Source: Spirochaetia bacterium
Lineage (GTDB): Bacteria; Spirochaetota; Spirochaetia; SP-2023
Assembly (NCBI GenBank): GCA_965225855.1
Contig: CBDDCK010000005.1
Span: forward strand, 416,001-480,000
Reading direction: 5' to 3'
Length of the DNA stretch: 64,000 bases
The position numbers and the translations under genes were made by a program. Each line of letters begins with the position of its first letter. Position 1 is the stretch's first letter. The notes under the pieces are model-generated. The model was not told the origin of the DNA. It searched no databases and saw only the letters and a list, made by a program, of their open reading frames with translations. Positions 52,463-62,443 of the stretch are shown here, piece by piece.

Positions 52463-53440
52463 GTGAAGCCTTGCTTTCATCTTCTTAAGCTTTTAAATCT
52501 TACGCTTGCTTCACTGGGGGGGACAATGACACAAGCACCAAAGTGGTGGAATGAAATAACCCATTCTGCTACCAATAATGGCCAGCGATATTTAGAGCAG
52601 AATTTAGAACAGCAACTGCTATTGCTGCCTGAAGCTTTGCAATACGAATTGCTAGATTATTTTTGCTGCTTAAATTTTTCACAACGCCGCAATTTTATTT
52701 TGGAAACCTTAAATCGTATGGGCATAGCCCACCGTATTTTGCGTACTGAAAATGCCTTTCATATTGTGGTAAAACCAGAGTATAACTTGGATAATGTGAA
52801 TCACAAATTATTTCAAGTAAAATGTTTTGTGGCCCATTATGATCGGCGTTTGCAAACCCCTGGAGCCAATGATAATAGTGCGGCTGTTTGGCATTTGCTA
52901 AACCTTACTGCACAAATGAAGCGCGAACGCCCATTGATCCAAACACCTATGCAGATTATCTTCACCGATCATGAAGAATTGCGTTCTAAAGAACACGTGA
53001 GTAGACAAGGGGCCTATATGCTAGCCCAATATCTGCGCAATCGAAATCCCAAACTACAGTATGCTTTTTTTGTATTTGACCAATGTGGTATAGGGGATAA
53101 TCTTTGCTATTTGCCCCATATTATCACCAACAAAAAAATAATGGAAAAACAAACACAGATTATTGAACATATTGTGAAAAATGAATTATCAAACGTTCCT
53201 ATCAGGAATATAACTAAGCACCAATATTATTTTTCGGATAATTTGGGTTTGAATCTGTGGGACTATCCGGCTTTGCTGCTATCGACCTTACCCAAAAAAG
53301 ATATTATGGCTTGGCAGGTTTCTGGAGAAAAACCAATATCTTGGCGTACAGTTCATACTCCTCATGATACACCCGATTTATTGGAAGCCAGTAGCTTTGC
53401 TTTGATGAATCAAGTTTTAAGTAGATTGTGTCGGATTTAA
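52463..53440 (+). CDS. M28-family metallopeptidase
   Basis: AHYD, PGANDNSAAV, FTDHEE and HTPHD motifs; start may be 52526. Confidence 0.8.
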   Translation: MKPCFHLLKLLNLTLASLGGTMTQAPKWWNEITHSATNNGQRYLEQNLEQQLLLLPEALQYELLDYFCCLNFSQRRNFILETLNRMGIAHRILRTENAFHIVVKPEYNLDNVNHKLFQVKCFVAHYDRRLQTPGANDNSAAVWHLLNLTAQMKRERPLIQTPMQIIFTDHEELRSKEHVSRQGAYMLAQYLRNRNPKLQYAFFVFDQCGIGDNLCYLPHIITNKKIMEKQTQIIEHIVKNELSNVPIRNITKHQYYFSDNLGLNLWDYPALLLSTLPKKDIMAWQVSGEKPISWRTVHTPHDTPDLLEASSFALMNQVLSRLCRI

Positions 53441-53448
53441 AGAAGTAC

Positions 53449-53490
53449 AAATGAAAGGAAGTAATAAATACCTTGCTTCCTTTCATTTTT
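53449..53490. terminator. Terminator between convergent M28 and htrA genes
   Basis: AAATGAAAGGAAG / CTTCCTTTCATTT stem with T tract. Confidence 0.7.
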
Positions 53491-53508
53491 TAGTTTGATT
53501 TGAGCTGG

Positions 53509-55059
53509 CTACTTCAGCTTGATTCTGGGAGTATCCAATTCATAGCCTTTTCGCTTATAGCTAAAAATCGTGTTCTCGGTATTGTTTCTATTCAATTCAC
53601 GGTAAAAATCTAATAAAGTATTGACTTTCTTGCCGTTGATTTTGGTAATGACATCCCCATTTTTGAGACCAACGATTTGTATTGGTGAATCTTGAATCAC
53701 GTTTAAAACCATAAGTCCGGAATTCTCTACACCTACCAAGGGAGAAGAAAGGGTTTCTTTCAGTTTTTTGTTGATCTTGTTGTTAATGGGCATGACTATA
53801 AGGCCTGGCCAAGTATTGTCTAAACCTTTGTCTAATTTTTCTTGGGGCTGGCGTTCCCCCAGAGTTACGCTGACTCGTTTTTCTTTGCCATTGCGGAGTA
53901 GGCGCAAATTTATTTTTTGTTTGGGTCGCAGCATTCCTATTTCAAATGTTAGTTCATCAGAAGATTGAATGAGTTGACCATTTAATTCAATGACAAAATC
54001 CCCAGGTAGCATACCGCCTTTATCTGCTGGAGAATTTTTATAGACATCGGCAATAAAGGAACCTTGCTTTTCGTAAATTTTCATTGGGGTAAAAATTTCT
54101 TGAGCTAGCTCTTTTCCTACCAGTCGGGTTATTTGTTTACGATAGTCCTGCAGTGTAACACCTAGCCAACCATAACTCAGTTTACCTTTCTCAAGGAAAG
54201 ATTCTACAGCAAATTTGACATTGTTAATTGGGATAGCAAAACCTAGGCCAGCACTCGTACCACTTTGAGAAGCGATCCAAGTATTGATACCAACAATTTC
54301 TCCATTCATGTTCACTAATGGCCCACCAGAATTTCCTTTATTGATAGAGGCATCGGTTTGAATGAAGTCATTGATATTGCCGCCGGGGCCACCACGGCGG
54401 CCGATATAGCTAATAATCCCTTGGGTTACGGTAGACTGAAACCCATCGGGGCTACCAATTGCCATCACCAAATCGCCAATTTTTAAATCGTCAGAATTCC
54501 CAAGCTCAGCAATCGTAATTTCAATATCTTTGTCTGGTTCAAATTTGACAATCGCTAAGTCAACTCGGCTATCGCCACCGACAATTTCAGCAGAAAATCT
54601 ATCCCCCGTATGCATGAGCACTTCAATATCTACAGCATCTTTAATTACATGATTATTGGTGAGTACATAATATGTATTATTTTTTTTGCGAATGATTGAA
54701 CCAGAGCCTAAGCCCGTACGGCGGTATTCTTGGGGACTACGTTTTTCTTCTGGCGGCTCTTCTCCGAAAAAATAGTAAAAAGGGTTTTTAAGCATATTTT
54801 GCTCTTGAACTGATGAAACATTAAGCTGGACTACACTGGGCAAAATTTTGGCTGGTACGGCGCGAAATACTTCTTGCAATTGAGTAAAATTAGGGTTTCT
54901 AAATGCCAAATTGTTTGTATCTTCTTTGGCGTAAACTTCATTTTTGCTGATCAAATTCTGCGGTATTTTTTGTGCAAAATTGGCATAACTAAGCAAGTAA
55001 CCACCAAGCACACTAAAAAATACCACACAAAACAAAGCTAAATATTTTTGGTATTTCAT
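53509..55059 (-). CDS. htrA: HtrA/DegP serine protease, 2 PDZ domains
   Basis: TNNHV, DLA and TDASINKGNSGGPL catalytic motifs; two PDZ domains. Confidence 0.93.
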   Translation of the reverse strand: MKYQKYLALFCVVFFSVLGGYLLSYANFAQKIPQNLISKNEVYAKEDTNNLAFRNPNFTQLQEVFRAVPAKILPSVVQLNVSSVQEQNMLKNPFYYFFGEEPPEEKRSPQEYRRTGLGSGSIIRKKNNTYYVLTNNHVIKDAVDIEVLMHTGDRFSAEIVGGDSRVDLAIVKFEPDKDIEITIAELGNSDDLKIGDLVMAIGSPDGFQSTVTQGIISYIGRRGGPGGNINDFIQTDASINKGNSGGPLVNMNGEIVGINTWIASQSGTSAGLGFAIPINNVKFAVESFLEKGKLSYGWLGVTLQDYRKQITRLVGKELAQEIFTPMKIYEKQGSFIADVYKNSPADKGGMLPGDFVIELNGQLIQSSDELTFEIGMLRPKQKINLRLLRNGKEKRVSVTLGERQPQEKLDKGLDNTWPGLIVMPINNKINKKLKETLSSPLVGVENSGLMVLNVIQDSPIQIVGLKNGDVITKINGKKVNTLLDFYRELNRNNTENTIFSYKRKGYELDTPRIKLK

Positions 55060-55214
55060 TTTTATAAAACCTCCGAAATAAATTTTTCTGACAAATTCTT
55101 TAACTGTAAAATTACAAAAACATTGGCAAAAAGAAAACTTTTTTCAAAAACAATTTTCACAAATTGGCATATAGTTTGGGCTAAAAAATAATCGATCATT
55201 TGATAACGGCTCTA

Positions 55215-55859
55215 TTATGGCAATTCTTGTTTGTCATTCTGACGAAAAATTTCTTCCATAATTCCACGCAATTTTGGATCATCATGGTAATAGTACGCTT
55301 CCCGTTCTTCCAAAGTCAAACCATATAATTCATGGGAACTGTAATGTATCCAAAAATCATCTTCTTTCTGTTCAATTTTGTGATGAACGGCATAGTAATC
55401 TGGGGTTTTGGTGAGCTTAGGGTGGTAGGTAAATTCCTTATAGTCGTGAACAGCCAAACGCAAATTCTCTGGATGCTTGTTATAATTGAGAATTGAATTC
55501 CACAGATAATTGGCACTTTTGCCCGTATCGTATATATCATCTACCAGCAAAACGTGGTCTACAGGCCGAATTTTTTCTGGCGAAGTAGTCCAGCCATCTA
55601 CGTTGACACCAGATTCTAAGTTTAAGTCAAAGCCATTATAACTGTGAGCAATTACTGCGCAGTACATACTGGGCGTTTGGGGGGCTAACAGCTTAAACAC
55701 TTCACTGATGATATTACCTAAATTGGCCCCCCCGCGCAAAGGCACATAAATCATGCTGGGGATAAAACCGTCTTGCCACATTTGGTAAGCCATGCGGATA
55801 CCGTTGTTGCGCACCACAGAAGGCTCGATAATTATTTTCTTTCTACTCATACACACCAT
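55215..55859 (-). CDS. Type I phosphoribosyltransferase (purine salvage-like)
   Basis: LRGG and VLLVDDIYDTG PRPP-binding loop. Confidence 0.85.
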   Translation of the reverse strand: MVCMSRKKIIIEPSVVRNNGIRMAYQMWQDGFIPSMIYVPLRGGANLGNIISEVFKLLAPQTPSMYCAVIAHSYNGFDLNLESGVNVDGWTTSPEKIRPVDHVLLVDDIYDTGKSANYLWNSILNYNKHPENLRLAVHDYKEFTYHPKLTKTPDYYAVHHKIEQKEDDFWIHYSSHELYGLTLEEREAYYYHDDPKLRGIMEEIFRQNDKQELP

Positions 55860-55877
55860 TCATATACGCCATAAAAT

Positions 55878-57443
55878 TTATTGTTGTTTTGCCTGAGAAC
55901 TTTGCATTTCTTTTCCTTGCCGTTCGTAGGTATAACTTAAATTGCCTTTAGGGCCAATTTCATTGAGAATCCGGTAAAAATCTTTCAGGGTTTTCACTTT
56001 TTGGCTATTCATCTTGGTAATAATATCGTTGGGCTTTAAGCCCTGCATATCCGCAGTGGACTGAGGAATTACGCGCAGAATCCAAAGCCCTTCGGTATCT
56101 TCATTGGCAATTTGAAAATTGGGGTTGCGTTTTTTTAGTGCTTGGATTACATATTTGTTCATGGGGATTAAATCGAGCCCGGGCCAAGTGCGGTAAGATT
56201 CGGCATCTAATAATTGCTTTCCTTTTCGTTCCCCTAAAGTGATACTGATTTTTTGGTTTTTACCATTGCGCAAAATTTGGAGCAAGGCTGTTTGCCCCGG
56301 CAGAATAATCCCTACGGAAAAGGTTAATTCTTGAACACTACTAATTTTTTTGTCATTGATTGCGGTAACGAAGTCTCCTGGCTTGAGGCCGGCTTTAGCG
56401 GCGGGAGAACCTTCGTAGATGCTAGTAATAAATACCCCTTTCAAACTGTAAACCCCATAATCTCGGAGTACAGAACGTTCGATATTGGGACTGACACGGT
56501 TCAAAATTTTGTTGTATTCTTTCATAGTAATGCCAAGCCAACCGTAGCGAACTTTACCTTCTTTGAGAAAGGCTTCGATAATATATTTGGCATTGTTGAT
56601 GGGTATCGCAAAACCTAGGCCAGCACTGGAGCCACTTTCTGAGGCGATCCAAGTATTGATCCCAATTACTTTTCCATGCATATTGACCAACGGCCCCCCA
56701 GAATTGCCGTGATTGATAGAGGCATCGGTTTGAATAAAGTCATTGATATTTTGGCCGGGGCCTCCGTGCCTTCCTATATAGCTGATAATGCCCATCGTTA
56801 CAGAAGATTGGAAACCATTGGGGCTGCCGATGGCCATCACCCAATCGCCAATTTCTAATTGCGATGAATCTCCCAGTGTAGCCACTTTCAAGGTTTTGGC
56901 TTCTTCTTCACTGGCTTCAAAACTGATTACAGCTAAATCCACCCGCTCATCGCGCCCAACAATTTTGCCAGAAAATTTGCGTTCATCGTATGTGAGAATT
57001 TGGATTTCATTAGCGTCTTCAATTACATGGTTATTAGTTACTAAAAAAAATACTCTATCTTTTTGACGAAAAATTACGCCAGAACCCATTACCGTTGAAT
57101 GATATTTGCGAAGTTTTTCGGGCTTTTTTTGTTTGTCGTCAAAAAATTCAAACAGGAAGTTGAGGTTATTCGGGCTATCTTTTAGAGCAGAAATATTGAG
57201 CTGCACAACCGAAGGTAGGATTTTTTTGGGAACAGCACGTAGAACATGTTGTACGCGTTGAAAATCTTCATTAAACGTATTAGCGGCATTTTGAAGTGTA
57301 TCAAACTTACTTTGGGCTGGGGCTTGTTGAGTTGTATTTTGAGCTGCTATTGAAGGCAGCAACATCGCCCCAAAGAGAAATATTGCCGGTAATATTGCCA
57401 AGTTCAAGTATTGTCTGTATTGTCTGCGCCTTATAAAATCCAT
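55878..57443 (-). CDS. htrA: HtrA/DegP serine protease paralogue
   Basis: TNNHV, DLA and INHGNSGGPL motifs; two PDZ domains. Confidence 0.93.
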   Translation of the reverse strand: MDFIRRRQYRQYLNLAILPAIFLFGAMLLPSIAAQNTTQQAPAQSKFDTLQNAANTFNEDFQRVQHVLRAVPKKILPSVVQLNISALKDSPNNLNFLFEFFDDKQKKPEKLRKYHSTVMGSGVIFRQKDRVFFLVTNNHVIEDANEIQILTYDERKFSGKIVGRDERVDLAVISFEASEEEAKTLKVATLGDSSQLEIGDWVMAIGSPNGFQSSVTMGIISYIGRHGGPGQNINDFIQTDASINHGNSGGPLVNMHGKVIGINTWIASESGSSAGLGFAIPINNAKYIIEAFLKEGKVRYGWLGITMKEYNKILNRVSPNIERSVLRDYGVYSLKGVFITSIYEGSPAAKAGLKPGDFVTAINDKKISSVQELTFSVGIILPGQTALLQILRNGKNQKISITLGERKGKQLLDAESYRTWPGLDLIPMNKYVIQALKKRNPNFQIANEDTEGLWILRVIPQSTADMQGLKPNDIITKMNSQKVKTLKDFYRILNEIGPKGNLSYTYERQGKEMQSSQAKQQ

Positions 57444-57471
57444 GAATTCTCCTTTCAGTTTAGTTTACAGT

Positions 57472-58338
57472 CTAGTTCGCATCTAGCCCGGTTAGGCGCA
57501 GTGCATAATTGGGTAAGGCAAAGCAAGCTGAGATGATTTCTCGGTTGAGATAATTCAAGCCTTGATTTGAATTGGCTAGCTGTTGTAAACCATCTTCGCG
57601 CAATATCCATTCTGAACGCAATTTGTTGCAAGCATAAATTAAATTCCACGTACCCAAAGGATAAAATGGGATAGCACTAGTATAAAGGCCATAGGCACAA
57701 AAATACTGGCGCAAAATCCTTAGGATTTGTTTTTGGAAATGTGCCATGCCATAAAAAGTTTCACCTTGAATAACTAAAATTCCTTCTGATCGCAGGGCTT
57801 TATAGCAATTTTGATAAAAAGTCTGGCTAAACAATCCCGTTGCTGGGCCTTGTGGGTCTGTAGAATCTACTAAGATTATATCGAAAAGCTCTTGCTGATT
57901 TACACAATTGGCCAAGTATTGGATACCATTTTCAATCTTTAGTTTCATACGCGGATCATCATAGGCGCAAGTTAAGGTCGGAAAATGTTCTCGGCAAATT
58001 CGGATTACTTGTGCATCAATTTCCACTTGTATGAGTTGTTCTACTTCGGGGTGGCGCAATACTTCCTTGCTGGTACCACCATCTCCACCGCCAATGATAA
58101 GGACGCGTTGTGGTTTGGGGTGGTATAGTAGGGGCACATGGGCAATCATTTCGTGATAGGCAGCTTCATAGGTTTCGGCCAACATCACCACATTATCGTG
58201 CACAAGCAATTTGCCCAACTCTGGATGCTTATAGACTGCTATATGCTGGAATGGGCTTTGCTTTTCGCAAAGTAGCTCCAGGTCCGGATATTCCAATATT
58301 AAGTTGTGCGGGGTCTTCTCTCGTATGATCGATTCCAC
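57472..58338 (-). CDS. speE: Spermidine synthase
   Basis: YHEMIAH, VLIIGGGDGG, VEID and DSTDP motifs. Confidence 0.95.
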   Translation of the reverse strand: MESIIREKTPHNLILEYPDLELLCEKQSPFQHIAVYKHPELGKLLVHDNVVMLAETYEAAYHEMIAHVPLLYHPKPQRVLIIGGGDGGTSKEVLRHPEVEQLIQVEIDAQVIRICREHFPTLTCAYDDPRMKLKIENGIQYLANCVNQQELFDIILVDSTDPQGPATGLFSQTFYQNCYKALRSEGILVIQGETFYGMAHFQKQILRILRQYFCAYGLYTSAIPFYPLGTWNLIYACNKLRSEWILREDGLQQLANSNQGLNYLNREIISACFALPNYALRLTGLDAN

Positions 58339-58387
58339 TAAATTACTTTCTCTTACAATATAAAAAGATGAAAAGATATAAAGTAAT

Positions 58388-58777
58388 TCATATATCAGTT
58401 TTTTGCCAATTTTCGATTTCTTCTAAATCACCTCGGCGCAGCTCCACTGTTGAAGTATGCTGGGCGCCTATTTTATTACGGATATAGTTCAATGCTTTAT
58501 GAGAATCTATTTGATTACCACAAGTATATAAATCGAGCGAAGCGTAACCGTATTCGGGCCAAGTATGAATTGTCAAGTGGGATTCGGAAATAACAACAAC
58601 ACCAGAAACACCATGTGGGTTAAAACGATGGAAGACCTGATTGACAATGGTTGCCCCGGCTAAATAAGCTGCTTCGCTAAGGATTTTTTCAAGGTATTTT
58701 GGATCATTTAAAAACTCGTTATCACAGCGATACATCTCTACCAATACATGGTGGCCTAGAGTCGTGTTTGTTGTCAT
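58388..58777 (-). CDS. speD: S-adenosylmethionine decarboxylase proenzyme (SpeH type)
   Basis: GVSGVVVISESHLTIHTWPE cleavage motif and YTCG. Confidence 0.95.
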   Translation of the reverse strand: MTTNTTLGHHVLVEMYRCDNEFLNDPKYLEKILSEAAYLAGATIVNQVFHRFNPHGVSGVVVISESHLTIHTWPEYGYASLDLYTCGNQIDSHKALNYIRNKIGAQHTSTVELRRGDLEEIENWQKTDI

Positions 58778-58902
58778 TCCTAAAGTAAGCCTTCCTTCAA
58801 TCTATCAAGTCAATAAAAAAGCAGACTGTATACTGTTTGTTTAGACCTTGTCAAGTCTTGAAAAAGTTAAATTCATTAGCTAATCCAATATGAATTGCTT
58901 TT

Positions 58903-59706
58903 TCAAAAATTAATATGTTTATGAGAGCATAAACCACAGAGAGAAATATTGAGTAGAATATGCAGGTTTTGGTGAAGCAGCTCGGTAAATTCAGGGCGAT
59001 TCAGCCATTCTTGGTAGTTTTTAAATTTTGGAGGAACTTGATAGCCGGTAATTTTATCGTCCCACATATAGGCACCAATCACTTGGCCTTCTTTGTTGAG
59101 CATAAAGCCATCTTGGTAGCGTATGTTTTTAAAATTTGTTTGGCCTTGGGAATCCAGTATCAACTTACCTTCTCCTAGCAGAATGGGTGATTCTCCAAAT
59201 ATTTCAATACCGCCATAATTAATAACAGCGATAAATGCTGTTGAGATTCTCGATATACCGGCAATGCCTTTGTCTAATTTATTTTTTGGTTGCTCTAGCC
59301 CTACCAGTTTAAGAATTTGGAGGTATTCTTTGCGATGTTTTTTTTGCGCACCGTCCCCACGAAAACCTGTAATATCCCAGTACCAAATTTCAGGAATTTG
59401 TTTTTCTTTGGCAATTTGGTTGAGTATTGGCAGAGATACTTGGCACCAAGGACATTGGCTAAGGCCAACATAAAGTACAAAACTTTCTTCATTTTTAGCG
59501 GCACTGAGAATTTGACTGGCACTTTTACTAACAAGAATATGTTCAAGGTCATCGAGAAGTTTATACTCTTTGATGAAATCTTGATGGCGGAGAAGATTAT
59601 TTTCTGCGGTATTCCGACAAGAAGCCAATAATATCATAGCAACACAGAATAATAATTTTTTTTGCATGTTTTTGTTCATGGAATATACCACCATCAAATT
59701 TATCAA
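58903..59706 (-). CDS. Thioredoxin-fold lipoprotein
   Basis: LLAS-C lipobox and CPWC motif; true start probably downstream (MNKNMQ). Confidence 0.7.
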   Translation of the reverse strand: MINLMVVYSMNKNMQKKLLFCVAMILLASCRNTAENNLLRHQDFIKEYKLLDDLEHILVSKSASQILSAAKNEESFVLYVGLSQCPWCQVSLPILNQIAKEKQIPEIWYWDITGFRGDGAQKKHRKEYLQILKLVGLEQPKNKLDKGIAGISRISTAFIAVINYGGIEIFGESPILLGEGKLILDSQGQTNFKNIRYQDGFMLNKEGQVIGAYMWDDKITGYQVPPKFKNYQEWLNRPEFTELLHQNLHILLNISLCGLCSHKHINF

Positions 59707-59728
59707 AATCCCAAAATTGCAGAATACT

Positions 59729-60565
59729 TTAACGTGTTGTATATGTTTTTATGTTGTGCGCACCCATGTGCAGCCGTACTTTTGCTCGTATTTCACTACT
59801 GCCCACAGTCATTTCCGGTACGGCACTGAGAGCAAGGCTCACACGAATTTGTGCGGGTTTGTTGCGCAAATACCGGCGAAAATAATTGCGTACTGCTTCT
59901 TTTATCGCATTATCAATAGCAGATTTTCGCAGTTGGATCATCAATTCTGGTTCTAAATTGTGTTTTGTTGTATTACTGGCTGCCTGAAAAGGCACAACCC
60001 CAACAGCATGTAGTGTTTTTTTATCAGCTTGCTGCCAAGCTTGGATGTTAAAGCTTTCAAAACGACTAATCTTTTTGCGAACAGAGTAATAAAAACGGTT
60101 GCTATTGCGTCCAATATGGTAAATTTCCAAATTATTAGGGGCAATAAATTCAGGGTTTTCGGCAATAATTAAGAATGTTTCTTCTTGTTGGTGAAATTTA
60201 TCTGCAGGGTTATACAAAACTTGATAGCCATGAATCATGCCATGGAATACATAACTAGCTTCTTCTAAGACAAATACTTGTGAATCTCGGATTAAATCTT
60301 TTAGTTCGATTTGCTGCCCTTTTTTGAGTTGTTGGCTGTAGGGCGAAACAACGAGGTTTAAATCTAAATCTAGCCAAAATGTTCCATTTAAATTGGAAAA
60401 TTGCTGGGGTTGGGCCCATAAAGTTTGACCTATTTGATTTGAAAAATTTGGAAATAAAGGAAAAACTAAAAACCATAGTTGCAAAATGACAAAAAAAGCA
60501 TGGCCACGGGTGTAATGGACTATTCGCCGAAAATGTTTTTTTCGTTCCATTCTAAAGCGGTTCAT
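59729..60565 (-). CDS. Hypothetical exported protein
   Basis: 278 aa; LEEA..F.GMI.GY...Y.P.D and AIKEAVR..R....NKP pattern. Confidence 0.65.
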   Translation of the reverse strand: MNRFRMERKKHFRRIVHYTRGHAFFVILQLWFLVFPLFPNFSNQIGQTLWAQPQQFSNLNGTFWLDLDLNLVVSPYSQQLKKGQQIELKDLIRDSQVFVLEEASYVFHGMIHGYQVLYNPADKFHQQEETFLIIAENPEFIAPNNLEIYHIGRNSNRFYYSVRKKISRFESFNIQAWQQADKKTLHAVGVVPFQAASNTTKHNLEPELMIQLRKSAIDNAIKEAVRNYFRRYLRNKPAQIRVSLALSAVPEMTVGSSEIRAKVRLHMGAHNIKTYTTR

Positions 60566-62171
60566 GCCCCGTTTGTGTAGGAAATAGAGGTATTTGTCGT
60601 TCGGAATTTGCTATACAGCCATTATATAACTGGATATATTGATCTAAATTATTTTGCCAAGAAAAATCCTGCCCCATACCAAATTCTCTCATACTCCAAA
60701 GTTGTCGTGGTTTGCGATGCCATAAATACAAGGCTTCGTTTAAAACCGCGCCTAATTCATCGGGATTTTGATAAACCAGCCCGTTGATTTTGTGTTTGAT
60801 TGTATCGGCTAAACCACCGGTTTGCTTGACAATAGGAGTGGTTCCATAGCGCAGGGAGTATATCTGGTTTAGGCCACACGGTTCATAAAGACTGGGCATA
60901 ATAAAAAAATCTGCAGCTGCTGTGAGAATATGGGCCATTTCTTCATGAAAATAGTTGAGGAACATAAAATTGCGAGAATATTGCCACGAGAGCATTTGTA
61001 ATTGCAATTCTAACTGTTGATCGCCTTCCCCTAAAAGAATGAGTTGGCAGTGATCTTGTTCTAGGGCTTCCACGAATGGACCACTTCCGTGCTGTTCTTT
61101 ATTTTCGCTGTTTAGGCCAAATAATTGATCTAGCCCCTTTTGCTTTACTATCCGGCAGATGCTGATCAATAATGGAATTTTAGTATTGATGGGGAATTGG
61201 AGCTGTTCCTCTAAATGTTTCTTCCAGTACAGTTTGGCTTTGCGCACTTCTGATTTTATTGCTCTGTATCTATGTTTCTTTAAAAATGGATCGGTAGCTG
61301 GAGCCCAATTTTGATTGTCAACTCCGTTGAGAATACCACAGAAATCTTGATGGCGTTTTTGTAAGATGGACGAAATTCCTATATTTTTTTCTAGCAGTTC
61401 ACGGGCATAAGTTGGCGATACAGTGTTTATTTTTTCTGCATAACGCAGCCCGGTTGCCAATAAATTTATTTCACCACTAAACTTCCAATAATCAATTTCC
61501 AGATTATTAGGAGTAGCTATGCCCCATCGTCGGAGTAGGTTATAGAAATTGTTGGCAGTGTTATCGCTAAACGTACCTGTATAGCTTGCATTATGAATTG
61601 TAAAAAGAGAGGGGAGTTTATGGTATGGTAGTTTTGGGAAAAGTGATGAAAAAAATTGATTAAAATAAGGGAATAAACCGCAGAGCCAATCGTTGCAGTG
61701 TACAATATCGGGTTTCCAAGAAATACTTGGATTTTCTCTAATGGCAAAAGGAGCTAAGGCTAGAAAAATGGCTTGGAGTAAATCTAATGAGGAGCCATTA
61801 TTTGAATAACTAGGACTATAAGGTTCATGGATTGTATCCAAAGCTGGATGTTTGATTAAATAAAATATATGCCCAGGATAATCTGGGTGAATACATTCTT
61901 CAAGCAAGAAAAAAGGTAGTTGAGGACTAAAGTATTTGTTTCGCAGTTTCATGCGAATATGACGATAGCCGATCAAAATAGTGCGCACCTCTAACCCTTT
62001 CTCCAGCAATGCTTGGGATAGAGATTCTACAACATCTGCTAAGCCTCCTACCTTGGTGATGAATCCCCATTCGGGAGCTAGCAATAAAATTTTTTGGGCA
62101 GTTGTATCTTGTATTGTTGAATTATCAAGCTGATCCATATCACGCTCATTTATCGGAATTACATATAGCAA
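60552..62171 (-). CDS. glgA: Glycogen synthase
   Basis: KVGGLADV, HCNDW, TIHN, GILNG, QKG, PSLYEPCGL and TGGLADT motifs; start may be 62138. Confidence 0.93.
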   Translation of the reverse strand: MLYVIPINERDMDQLDNSTIQDTTAQKILLLAPEWGFITKVGGLADVVESLSQALLEKGLEVRTILIGYRHIRMKLRNKYFSPQLPFFLLEECIHPDYPGHIFYLIKHPALDTIHEPYSPSYSNNGSSLDLLQAIFLALAPFAIRENPSISWKPDIVHCNDWLCGLFPYFNQFFSSLFPKLPYHKLPSLFTIHNASYTGTFSDNTANNFYNLLRRWGIATPNNLEIDYWKFSGEINLLATGLRYAEKINTVSPTYARELLEKNIGISSILQKRHQDFCGILNGVDNQNWAPATDPFLKKHRYRAIKSEVRKAKLYWKKHLEEQLQFPINTKIPLLISICRIVKQKGLDQLFGLNSENKEQHGSGPFVEALEQDHCQLILLGEGDQQLELQLQMLSWQYSRNFMFLNYFHEEMAHILTAAADFFIMPSLYEPCGLNQIYSLRYGTTPIVKQTGGLADTIKHKINGLVYQNPDELGAVLNEALYLWHRKPRQLWSMREFGMGQDFSWQNNLDQYIQLYNGCIANSERQIPLFPTQTGHEPL

Positions 62172-62373
62172 GATTTAGAAAGATGATAATGTAACATGAA
62201 AAATTTATGGATTGGGTTTACAAAATTTAAATTTTCATTGATTTGTCGTTTTTTATATATGAAAATCATGAAAATTTTGTTTGATACTAAAAAATATTTT
62301 TCTTTTTCTACAAAAGACTTAAAGTTAAAATATTTTATGAAATTAGAAAAAAAGTAAAAAAAATAAAAGAAAA

Positions 62374-62404
62374 CAAAATTTTTCTGAAACACTGCCGATA
62401 TAAT
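62374..62404 (+). promoter_or_regulatory. Candidate sigma28 promoter overlapping a TATAAT box, upstream of flaA
   Basis: CAAA-N16-GCCGATAT (62394-62401), with TATAAT at 62399-62404. Confidence 0.5.
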
Positions 62405-62443
62405 GTGTACTAAATCAACATTAAGACAAGGAGTCGTATATAT

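Noticed and set aside
62159..62392. 77-aa F/K-rich ORF
   Set aside because: Translation of the very AT-rich divergent promoter region between glgA and flaA.
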